Below are positions 7,614-14,317 of a stretch of DNA of 59,030 nt, piece by piece. The notes under the pieces are model-generated. The model made no database searches and was not told the origin of the DNA. It was given only the letters and a program-made list of their open reading frames with translations. The stretch is from contig JBAQGA010000059.1 of the NCBI GenBank assembly GCA_049287565.1, positions 1 through 59,030 of the forward strand, read 5' to 3'. Numbering within the stretch: the first letter of the stretch is position 1; every line of letters starts with the position of its first letter. Origin of the DNA: Candidatus Aminicenantales bacterium (GTDB lineage: Bacteria; Acidobacteriota; Aminicenantia; Aminicenantales; UBA8522). Both the position numbers and the translations under genes were made by a program.

Positions 7614-10600
7614 TTTTCCCTCCCGATGGCTTTCTTACCCTCTTCGGTCTCGAGCTCACAGCGGAGGCAGCGCCTGGCCTCGGCGATCGCCGCCTCCTCG
7701 GTCAATCCCAGCTCCACCTCTTTGAAGTTTTTCTTTCGGGCGGTCCGGGTGAGCCGCGGCATCTTGGGACGCTTTGTCCGGGCCAGCTCCTTCTCGGTCA
7801 GCTCCACGGACTCGATGTAGATGGACGGACGGGTGAGCGCGTACTCTCTTTCCAGGCCTTCGCCTTCCAGATATTTTTCAATCATCCGGGCGGCCAGCTT
7901 TCCGGCGGCCATCGCCTCGACGACCGTACCCGGCCCGGTCACCGCATCGCCGCCGGCGAAAACTCCGGGTCGTCCCGTCGTCAGGTTGGCGGGGTCGACC
8001 TCGATGGTTCCCCACCGGGAAATGCTCAACTGGTCCTTGGCGGTGAAGATGGAGCTGTCCGCCCTCTCGCCGATGGCCGGGACGAGTGTGTCCAGGTCCA
8101 CCGTGAACTCGGAGCCTTCGATCGGAACAGGACTCCGTCGTCCGCTGGCATCGACGTCTCCGAGCCGCATGCGGAGGCAACGGACGCCCTTCACCCGGCC
8201 GTTCTCGGTGAGCACCTGGATGGGAGCGACCAAAAACTGGATCTTCGCTCCCTCCTCAATGGCCGCTTCGATTTCTTCCGCGAAGGCGGGCATCTCCTGG
8301 CGTGTCCGGCGGTAAAGGATGGTGACCTCTTTGACTTTCTTATCCCTGACTGCGACCCGGGCGGCGTCGACGGCCGCGTTTCCGCCGCCAACGATCCCGA
8401 CCCGGGCGCCGAGCTTGACTTTTTCGCCTAGGTTGACGGCCTTGAGCAGCTCCGTTCCCTGGATAACGTCTTCAGAGTTTTCCCCCTCGATCCCCAACCT
8501 CATCGATTTGTGGGCGCCGGTCGCGAGAAAGACCGTCTTGAAATCCTGAGCGAAAAGGTCGTCCAGGCTGAAATCCTTGCCCAGAGCGGCATTCGTCTGA
8601 ATATTGACACCGGCACTCTTGATATGCTCGATGTCGCGGTTCAGCACGTCTTTAGGCAGCCGGTGGTCGGGAATGCCTTTAGCCAGCCATCCGCCGGGAA
8701 CAGGCAGGGATTCGAAAATTGTTGGCTGATAGCCCTTGAGGGCGAGATAATAGGCGGCCGTCAGTCCGGCCGGTCCGGCTCCGATAACGGCCACTTTGGC
8801 CTTAATCTGGGGCGCCGCCTGACGATATGGCCGAAGATCCTTTTGCATGGCGTAGTCGGTGACAAAGCGCTTGAGGGCCCGGATGGCGATCGGGTCGCCC
8901 GTTTCGCCGGCCCGGCAGACCTTCTCACAGGGATGATGGCAAACGCGGCCGCAGATGGAGGGCAACGGATTGTCCTTGACGATGAACTGGTAGGCGTCCT
9001 CGAAGCGGCCCTTGGCGATGAGAGCGATATAGACGGAGGCTTCCTGGCTGATCGGGCACTCGTATTGGCAGGGCGAGGAGACGATTTCCTGACAGACCAG
9101 GGCCGGACATTTCTTTTGGTCGATGTGGGCTTCGTACTCATGCCGGAAATAGCGAAGTGTGGACAAAACCGGGTTGGCAGCCGTCTGCCCCAATCCGCAG
9201 AGCGAGGCGTCCTTGACGATCCCGGCCAATTCTTCGAGGAGGGCGAGATCTTGCCGCGTGCCCCGGCCTTCGGTGATTTTTTTAACGATCTCCCACATCC
9301 GCTGGGTGCCCTCGCGACAGGAGATGCACTTGCCGCAGGATTCGTCACGGAGGAAATTGAGGAAGTACTTGGCGACATCAACCATGCAGGTCTTCTCGTC
9401 CATGACGATCATCCCGCCCGAGCCCATGATCGACCCGGCTTTGGCCAGGCTCTCGTAATCGATCGGCAGGTCGAGCATCTCCCTGGGGATGCAGCCTCCC
9501 GAGGGCCCTCCCGTCTGGACGGCCTTGAACTCCCTTCCGCCGGGGATCCCGCCGCCGATGTCGAAAATGATCTCGCGGAGGCTGATGCCCATGGGCACTT
9601 CGACCAGGCCCGTATTATTGATCTTGCCGACCAGGGAGAAGATCTTGGTCCCCTTGCTTCCGGCCGTCCCTATGCCGGCGTACCAGTCCGCTCCCTTTTT
9701 GACGATGATGGGAACATTGCCCCAGGTCTCCACGTTGTTGATGGTTGTGGGTTTTCGCCACAGGCCCCGCGATGCCGGAAAGGGCGGGCGCTGGCGGGGT
9801 TCTCCCACCCGTCCTTCGATCGAGGCGATCAGGGCCGTCTCTTCACCGCACACAAAGGCGCCCGCGCCCTTGGCGATACGCAGATGGAAATCGAATCCGG
9901 TGCCGAGGATGTCGTCCCCCAGCAGTCCCAGTTTCTCGCCCTGCTCGATGGCCAGGCCGATGTGCGCCACGGCCAGGGGATATTCGTCGCGGATATAGAC
10001 GTAGCCTTCCCTTGCCCCGATGGCATAGGCGCCGATGAGCATGCCCTCGAGGACGCGATGGGGATTCCCCTCGAGCAGGCTCCGGTCCATATAGGCGCCC
10101 GGGTCACCCTCGTCGGCATTGCAGATGATGTATTTGAGGTCGCTCTTGGACTTTCTTGCCAACTCCCATTTCAATCCGGTCAGGAAGCCGGCCCCGCCGC
10201 GGCCGCGGAGGCCCGAGGCCTTGACCTGGGCGATGACCTCGTCCGGGGTCAGGGTTTCCAAGACCTTGGCCAGGGCGCCGTAGCCGCCGATAGAGAGATA
10301 ATCACCGATATCGGTCGGGTCGATCAGGGCGTTGTCGCCGAGAACAAGCCTCATCTGCTTTTTATAAAAAGGAATCTCGTTTTCCGCCTGGCTCTTTTGC
10401 TGCGTGGCCGGGTCCGTGTAGAGGAGTTCGTCCAGGACCCTGTTGTTGAGGATCGTCTGGCTGATGATGTCTTCGGCCTGTTTTCCGCTGACCTTTTGGT
10501 AAAAGAGATTGTGCGGGTAGATGATGATGTTGGGTTCGACCTCGCAGAATCCATGGCAGCCGGTCACTTTGAGCTTGACGCTGTCCTCCAGATTCTTCTT

Positions 10601-10771
10601 TTTCAAGGTCTTCCGCAGGGCTTTGATGACCTTGAGCGCACCCCGCGCCTGCCCGCAGGTTCCGGCCGAGACGGTCAGGACCGGCCGTTTCTCGGACTCG
10701 CGCGCAGCCTTTTTCGCGGCGATCAGGGCTTTGAGTTCACGCGTCGAGGCGGTTTTTCTTAGAGCGTCCAT
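7610..10771 (-). CDS. fusion protein: NuoF/HydB-like NADH-FMN-FeS subunit fused to a GltD/NfnB-like FeS-FAD-NAD(P)H oxidoreductase
   Basis: 1053 aa. N-terminal thioredoxin-like 2Fe-2S domain. GRGGAGFLTGLKW (FMN/NADH site). ESCGKCISCREG (NuoF 4Fe-4S). Then GltD-type Cys region (SICGRVCHHPCEKVCR) and two Rossmann motifs, VAVIGAGPAGL and VGIVGGGNAAVDAA. Confidence 0.85.
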   Translation of the reverse strand: MDALRKTASTRELKALIAAKKAARESEKRPVLTVSAGTCGQARGALKVIKALRKTLKKKNLEDSVKLKVTGCHGFCEVEPNIIIYPHNLFYQKVSGKQAEDIISQTILNNRVLDELLYTDPATQQKSQAENEIPFYKKQMRLVLGDNALIDPTDIGDYLSIGGYGALAKVLETLTPDEVIAQVKASGLRGRGGAGFLTGLKWELARKSKSDLKYIICNADEGDPGAYMDRSLLEGNPHRVLEGMLIGAYAIGAREGYVYIRDEYPLAVAHIGLAIEQGEKLGLLGDDILGTGFDFHLRIAKGAGAFVCGEETALIASIEGRVGEPRQRPPFPASRGLWRKPTTINNVETWGNVPIIVKKGADWYAGIGTAGSKGTKIFSLVGKINNTGLVEVPMGISLREIIFDIGGGIPGGREFKAVQTGGPSGGCIPREMLDLPIDYESLAKAGSIMGSGGMIVMDEKTCMVDVAKYFLNFLRDESCGKCISCREGTQRMWEIVKKITEGRGTRQDLALLEELAGIVKDASLCGLGQTAANPVLSTLRYFRHEYEAHIDQKKCPALVCQEIVSSPCQYECPISQEASVYIALIAKGRFEDAYQFIVKDNPLPSICGRVCHHPCEKVCRAGETGDPIAIRALKRFVTDYAMQKDLRPYRQAAPQIKAKVAVIGAGPAGLTAAYYLALKGYQPTIFESLPVPGGWLAKGIPDHRLPKDVLNRDIEHIKSAGVNIQTNAALGKDFSLDDLFAQDFKTVFLATGAHKSMRLGIEGENSEDVIQGTELLKAVNLGEKVKLGARVGIVGGGNAAVDAARVAVRDKKVKEVTILYRRTRQEMPAFAEEIEAAIEEGAKIQFLVAPIQVLTENGRVKGVRCLRMRLGDVDASGRRSPVPIEGSEFTVDLDTLVPAIGERADSSIFTAKDQLSISRWGTIEVDPANLTTGRPGVFAGGDAVTGPGTVVEAMAAGKLAARMIEKYLEGEGLEREYALTRPSIYIESVELTEKELARTKRPKMPRLTRTARKKNFKEVELGLTEEAAIAEARRCLRCELETEEGKKAIGREK

Positions 10772-11243
10772 GTGTCTTCTCTTTCTTGAGATGCTTCTTT
10801 AGGATGGCCTCGACCTTGCGCGCCGTCGTCTGGGCGTGGTAATTGCCATCGACCACGACCACGGGTCCGATGGCGCAGCAACCCAGGCAGGCCACCGTCT
10901 CCAGGGTAAATAGGCCATCCGCCGATGTTTCTCCCGGCTGGAGGTTCAGTTTCTTCTGGAATTCCGCCAGGACCTTGGGCCCTCCCCGGACGTGGCAGGC
11001 TGTTCCCAGGCAAACCGTAACCATGTGCTTGCCGCGCGGCTTCAGACTGAAGGCCCGGTAGAACGTGGCCACTCCGATGACGTCGATGAGCGGCACCTCG
11101 AGCGAGTGGGCCACGATCCGGAGCGCCAGCTCGGGAAGATAGTTGTATTCGGCCTGGATTTCCTGGAGGATGGGAATGAGGGCCTTTTTTTGAAAGTCGT
11201 GTTTATTAAGGACGGATTTGACCTTGGTACTTATGGTCTCCAC
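10737..11243 (-). CDS. NuoE/HydC-like thioredoxin-fold 2Fe-2S ferredoxin subunit
   Basis: 168 aa. CLGTACHVRG...CLGCCAIGP cysteine pattern of the 24-kDa/NuoE family. GTG start 5 nt after GGAGG. 35-nt overlap with the NuoF::GltD gene. Confidence 0.85.
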   Translation of the reverse strand: METISTKVKSVLNKHDFQKKALIPILQEIQAEYNYLPELALRIVAHSLEVPLIDVIGVATFYRAFSLKPRGKHMVTVCLGTACHVRGGPKVLAEFQKKLNLQPGETSADGLFTLETVACLGCCAIGPVVVVDGNYHAQTTARKVEAILKKHLKKEKTHGRSKKNRLDA

Positions 11244-11446
11244 GGTATCCTCCAGAAGGGGATCACTTCTTCAGGCACGTCGCCATCTCGAAAGTTGCGG
11301 TAGGTCGGGGGAGATAGGAACGAGCCGCTATGATGCCGGCCGTCCGAGGCCAAGGCGGGAGCGATGGCAAGAGCGGAAATAATATGTATGACTCCTTCCT
11401 ATCAAAGAAAAACAAGAAGCCCGAATTATTATGAACAAAGAAGGAC

Positions 11447-11476
11447 TTTATAGCAAAGAGGATTCCGCTTTGTCAA
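11447..11476 (-). promoter_or_regulatory. sigma-70-type promoter TTGACA-18-TATAAA for the NuoE/NuoF-GltD/ferredoxin/GltB-like operon
   Basis: On the minus strand: TTGACA (11476-11471), 18-nt spacer, TATAAA (11452-11447), immediately after the glnA terminator hairpin. Implies a ~195-nt leader. Confidence 0.5.
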
Positions 11477-11483
11477 GAAGAGG

Positions 11484-11509
11484 CTCGGGCTTGGGTTCGT
11501 CAGCCCGAG
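11484..11509 (-). terminator. terminator-like hairpin after glnA (member of the GGGCTGACGAA repeat module)
   Basis: On the minus strand: CTCGGGCT-GACGAACCCA-AGCCCGAG (8-bp stem) followed by CCTCTTCTTG. The U-tract is weak. Located 7 nt after the glnA stop. Confidence 0.5.
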
Positions 11510-11516
11510 CAGCAGA

Positions 11517-12923
11517 CTAAAGGAAGGGGAGGTATTTTTTGACCTCGTAGTCGCTGACCTGCTTTTCGAACTCGCCGGAGACGTTGACGTTGTATTCCTC
11601 GATCTCGGCGCGTTTGTTGGCGATGAACGTGGTGAAGACATGATCGCTGAAGGTCTCCCGGAGCAGCGGGCTCTTTTCCATCAGCCGGACCGCTTCCTCC
11701 AGGTTCCGCGGCAGGGTCCGGATCTCGAGCCTCTTCTGCTTGGCGTTCGACATCTTGTAGATATTTTCTTCAACGGGATCGGGGAGAGGATAGCCGCCCC
11801 GGATCCCGGTCAGGCCGGCCATGAGCATGGTGGCAAAGGCCAGGTAGATGTTGCAGGATGGGTCGGGGGAGCGCAGCTCGATCCGGGTGGCCATTTCCTT
11901 TCCGGGCTGGTACTCGGGGACGCGGATGTAGGCGGACCTGTTCCTCTGCCCCCAGGCGATGTACACGGGTGCCTCATAGCCTTCGATCAGGCGTTTGAAG
12001 GAATTGATCCACTGGCTGAAGACGGCTGAGATCTCGCGGGCGTGGCTTATCAGTCCGGCCATGTAATGATGGGCGAGGTCGGAGAGATGATAGGAGTTCT
12101 TGGCCGAGAAGAAGACGTTTTTCCCACTCCTCCAGAGGGACTGATGGACGTGCATGCCGCTGCCGTTCTGGCCGTTGATGGGTTTGGGCATGAAAGTGGC
12201 GTAGAGGCCGTGCATGCGGGCGACCTTCTTGACCATGTAACGGAAGAGCATCCCGATATCGGCCATCTCCAGGGCGCTCGAGTACTTCAAATCGATCTCG
12301 TGCTGGCCGTGGGCGACCTCGTGGTGATCATATTCGCAGGCGATGCCCATCCTCTTGAGCAGAAGCTGGACTTCCTTCCGGATCCCGCCGTATTTCCCGC
12401 TGAAGAAGTAGCCGCCGTGGTCGCTGAGCGAAGTGTCCCGGTCGCTCGGGAAGAGGAAAAACTCGAGTTCCGGGCCGACCTTGAAGTCAGCGAAGCCGAA
12501 TTCCTTCTTCGCCCGGGCCAAAGCCTTCTTGAGGATAAAGCGCGTATCTCCCTCATAGTGATCACCCTCGGGCGTCATGATGTCGCCGAACATGATCGCT
12601 TCCCGCCAGGTGATGTCCTCCGAAAACCCCCTGTATTCCCAGGGGAGGACGCGGAAGGTGGGAGCCTCGGGCTTGATGACCAGGTCGCTTTCCTCGATAC
12701 GGACGAACCCCTGGATCGAAGAACCGTCGAAACCTTTCCCTTCCCGGAACGCCTTTTCCAGCTCTTTGCTGGGAAAGGAAAAGTCCATCGGCCTCCCCAG
12801 GATGTCGGGAAAATGGATCCGGATGAACTCGACTTTGTTGGTCGGGTTCATGACATAATCCAGGACCTCTTTTTGGGTCTTGAAACCGTAAGGCCTGTGG
12901 TGTCCTTTATTGGATTCCGCCAT
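11517..12923 (-). CDS. glnA: glutamine synthetase, type I
   Basis: GS-I sequence throughout (FFSGKYGG..., HHEVAHGQHEIDLKY, NGSGMHVHQSLW). The track start GTG at 12929 abuts the SD. The ATG at 12921-12923 lies 5 nt after AGGAGG, so it is preferred. Confidence 0.92.
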   Translation of the reverse strand: MAESNKGHHRPYGFKTQKEVLDYVMNPTNKVEFIRIHFPDILGRPMDFSFPSKELEKAFREGKGFDGSSIQGFVRIEESDLVIKPEAPTFRVLPWEYRGFSEDITWREAIMFGDIMTPEGDHYEGDTRFILKKALARAKKEFGFADFKVGPELEFFLFPSDRDTSLSDHGGYFFSGKYGGIRKEVQLLLKRMGIACEYDHHEVAHGQHEIDLKYSSALEMADIGMLFRYMVKKVARMHGLYATFMPKPINGQNGSGMHVHQSLWRSGKNVFFSAKNSYHLSDLAHHYMAGLISHAREISAVFSQWINSFKRLIEGYEAPVYIAWGQRNRSAYIRVPEYQPGKEMATRIELRSPDPSCNIYLAFATMLMAGLTGIRGGYPLPDPVEENIYKMSNAKQKRLEIRTLPRNLEEAVRLMEKSPLLRETFSDHVFTTFIANKRAEIEEYNVNVSGEFEKQVSDYEVKKYLPFL

Positions 12924-13035
12924 ATTCACCTCCTTCTCGAATCTCTTTTATCTCGGGTTGACGATCGGCGATGGTTTGCCTATGATGGGTTTCAGGCCGG
13001 GAACACAGCTTGATGAATCTTAACATAAGAGCCGT

Positions 13036-13064
13036 TTATTAGCACGAAAAGAATTAAATGTCAA
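13036..13064 (-). promoter_or_regulatory. sigma-70-type promoter TTGACA-17-TAATAA for glnA
   Basis: On the minus strand: TTGACA (13064-13059), 17-nt spacer, TAATAA (13041-13036), within the AT-rich divergent region. About 100-nt leader to glnA. Confidence 0.5.
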
Positions 13065-13072
13065 TATATTTC

Positions 13073-13100
13073 TTGATATTAATTACAAATGATATAAAAT
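13073..13100 (+). promoter_or_regulatory. sigma-70-type promoter TTGATA-16-TAAAAT for lrp
   Basis: TTGATA 13073-13078, 16-nt spacer, TAAAAT 13095-13100. Back-to-back with the glnA -35, 8 nt apart. Confidence 0.45.
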
Positions 13101-13133
13101 ATTTAGTAAATATGGACATCAACGGAGGTTCGA

Positions 13134-13577
13134 ATGATCGATGATCTGGCCAGAAAGATCGTCCGGACGCTGAACCAGAACGCTCGCAAAAGTTACCGGG
13201 AGATTGCCAAGGAGGTCGGGACTTCGGCCACGGCCGTCATCAACAAGGTCAGGAAGCTCGAAGCGAGCGGGGCCATCAAAGGCTACGTTCCGGTCGTCGA
13301 CCCCGAGCATTTCGGTATCGACCTCGTGGCCATCATCGCCCTACGCATCTCCAAGGGAAAACTCCTGGAGACCCAGGAAAAGATTTCCTCCGACCGCCGG
13401 GTGGCGGCCGTCTACGACATCACCGGCGAATGGGACTCCCTCGTCATCGGCTACTTCAAAGGCCGCGACGACCTCAACGACTTCATCAAGGGCATTCTCT
13501 CTCTGCCCTTCATCGACCGCACGGTCACCCACATCGTCTTGAATGTCGTCAAAGACGAGAAGCGGATTATCCTCTGA
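13134..13577 (+). CDS. lrp: Lrp/AsnC family transcriptional regulator
   Basis: 147 aa. N-terminal HTH (LDDLARKIVRTLNQNARKSYREIAKEVGTSATAV) plus C-terminal RAM/AsnC_trans_reg-like domain. SD GGAGG. Confidence 0.85.
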   Translation: MIDDLARKIVRTLNQNARKSYREIAKEVGTSATAVINKVRKLEASGAIKGYVPVVDPEHFGIDLVAIIALRISKGKLLETQEKISSDRRVAAVYDITGEWDSLVIGYFKGRDDLNDFIKGILSLPFIDRTVTHIVLNVVKDEKRIIL

Positions 13578-13654
13578 GGGTAGCCCTCATCTTATTCTTG
13601 ACAGCCGGGTAACAATGACCTACCCTAATACCTGATTAGATTAAGGAGAGAGAA

Positions 13655-14086
13655 ATGGCGCAGGAGATTCATGAGACCATCGGCCGTCATTATATCGTTG
13701 AAGCCTCAGGCTGTGACCCCAAGATCATCGGCAGCGTCGAAAAAGTCCAGCAGGTCCTGGTCAAGGCGGCCGAGGTCGCCAGCGCCCAGGTCTGGGCGAT
13801 CTCGTTCAGCCGGTTTCCGCCCCAGGGTGTCTCCGGCGTCGTGGTCATCTCCGAATCCCACATCTCCACGCACACCTGGCCCGAGTACGGTTATGTCGCC
13901 CTGGATATCTACACCTGCGGCAAGCACGTCGACCCGGAGAAGGCCGTTGTCTACGCCGTGGAAGCCTTCGGTTCCTCGACCTCTCATATCACCGAGATCA
14001 CCCGCGGCCTCGACGAGGGCGACTTGATCTACTACCACAGCTTCGTCACCTGGGAAGAGCGATTCAAGAAGGCCGGTTCCAAGTAA
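13655..14086 (+). CDS. speH: S-adenosylmethionine decarboxylase proenzyme (small prokaryotic class)
   Basis: 143 aa. Pyruvoyl-forming cleavage motif SESHISTHTWPE and YVALDIYTCG. SD AAGGAGAG. Confidence 0.85.
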   Translation: MAQEIHETIGRHYIVEASGCDPKIIGSVEKVQQVLVKAAEVASAQVWAISFSRFPPQGVSGVVVISESHISTHTWPEYGYVALDIYTCGKHVDPEKAVVYAVEAFGSSTSHITEITRGLDEGDLIYYHSFVTWEERFKKAGSK

Positions 14087-14102
14087 ACCGCAGAAAATAT
14101 TA

Positions 14103-14119
14103 TTTTTTTTGGGGGGGGG
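14103..14119. repeat. T8G9 back-to-back homopolymer tract
   Basis: tatTTTTTTTTGGGGGGGGGa read directly at 14103-14119, between the speH stop and the candidate UAS. Confidence 0.9.
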
Positions 14120-14120
14120 A

Positions 14121-14157
14121 TGTAAAAATCCTTTACGTAACAGTCTGGAATTTTACA
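14121..14157. promoter_or_regulatory. candidate enhancer (UAS) inverted repeat TGTAAAAATCC-N15-GGAATTTTACA
   Basis: The 11-nt arms at 14121-14131 and 14147-14157 are reverse complements at 10 of 11 positions. The centre lies about 68 nt upstream of the -24 element, a typical position for an enhancer-binding-protein site. Confidence 0.4.
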
Positions 14158-14205
14158 GGAGTGGGATTTTGCCGTCGGATCAAGGGCCGTCTCCAGCCAG
14201 ACAGT

Positions 14206-14221
14206 TGGCACGAATCCTGCT
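14206..14221 (+). promoter_or_regulatory. sigma-54 (-24/-12) promoter TGGCAC-GAATC-CTGCT upstream of the M1 peptidase gene
   Basis: TGGCAC at 14206-14211 and CTGC at 14217-14220. GG and GC are separated by exactly 10 nt as in the TGGCAC-N5-TTGC consensus. 97 nt upstream of ATG 14318. Confidence 0.6.
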
Positions 14222-14317
14222 TTTTTAGTGGTGATGGCAGGGACGAATCGGCGGCGGCAAGGGAAAGCCGGGAGCAACGCCTTCGTTAAATCCGGAGGTT
14301 ATTGTTATAATATTCAT

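Noticed and set aside
8510-10762. Very long ORFs antisense to well-supported genes. Examples: 750 aa at 8510-10762 opposite NuoF::GltD, 496 aa at 23067-24557 opposite pilB, 622 aa at 29639-31507 opposite AOR, 523 aa at 45923-47494 opposite recN, 511 aa at 51927-53462 opposite gyrB. Similar cases at 1066-2274, 12042-13013, 17115-18251, 18383-19684, 39387-40400, 50945-52030, 56046-57080 and 57356-58639.
   Set aside because: Each lies exactly opposite a gene with unmistakable family motifs. The translations are Arg/Gly/Asp/Pro/Leu-rich low-complexity strings with no recognisable motifs. Long stop-free antisense frames are an expected by-product of GC-rich codon usage.
11290-11335. Glutamine-riboswitch (glnA RNA motif)-like strings GGTAGG...ATAGGAACG near the glnA/GOGAT-like genes.
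   Set aside because: They are on the plus strand, antisense to both flanking operons. The 5' CGUUC strand needed to close P1 is absent. My recall of the consensus is also imperfect.
14228-14317. Longer start (GTG 14228) for the M1 peptidase ORF.
   Set aside because: It would begin upstream of the predicted sigma-54 transcription start. The extension is Arg/Gly-rich, while ATG 14318 begins a classical signal peptide.
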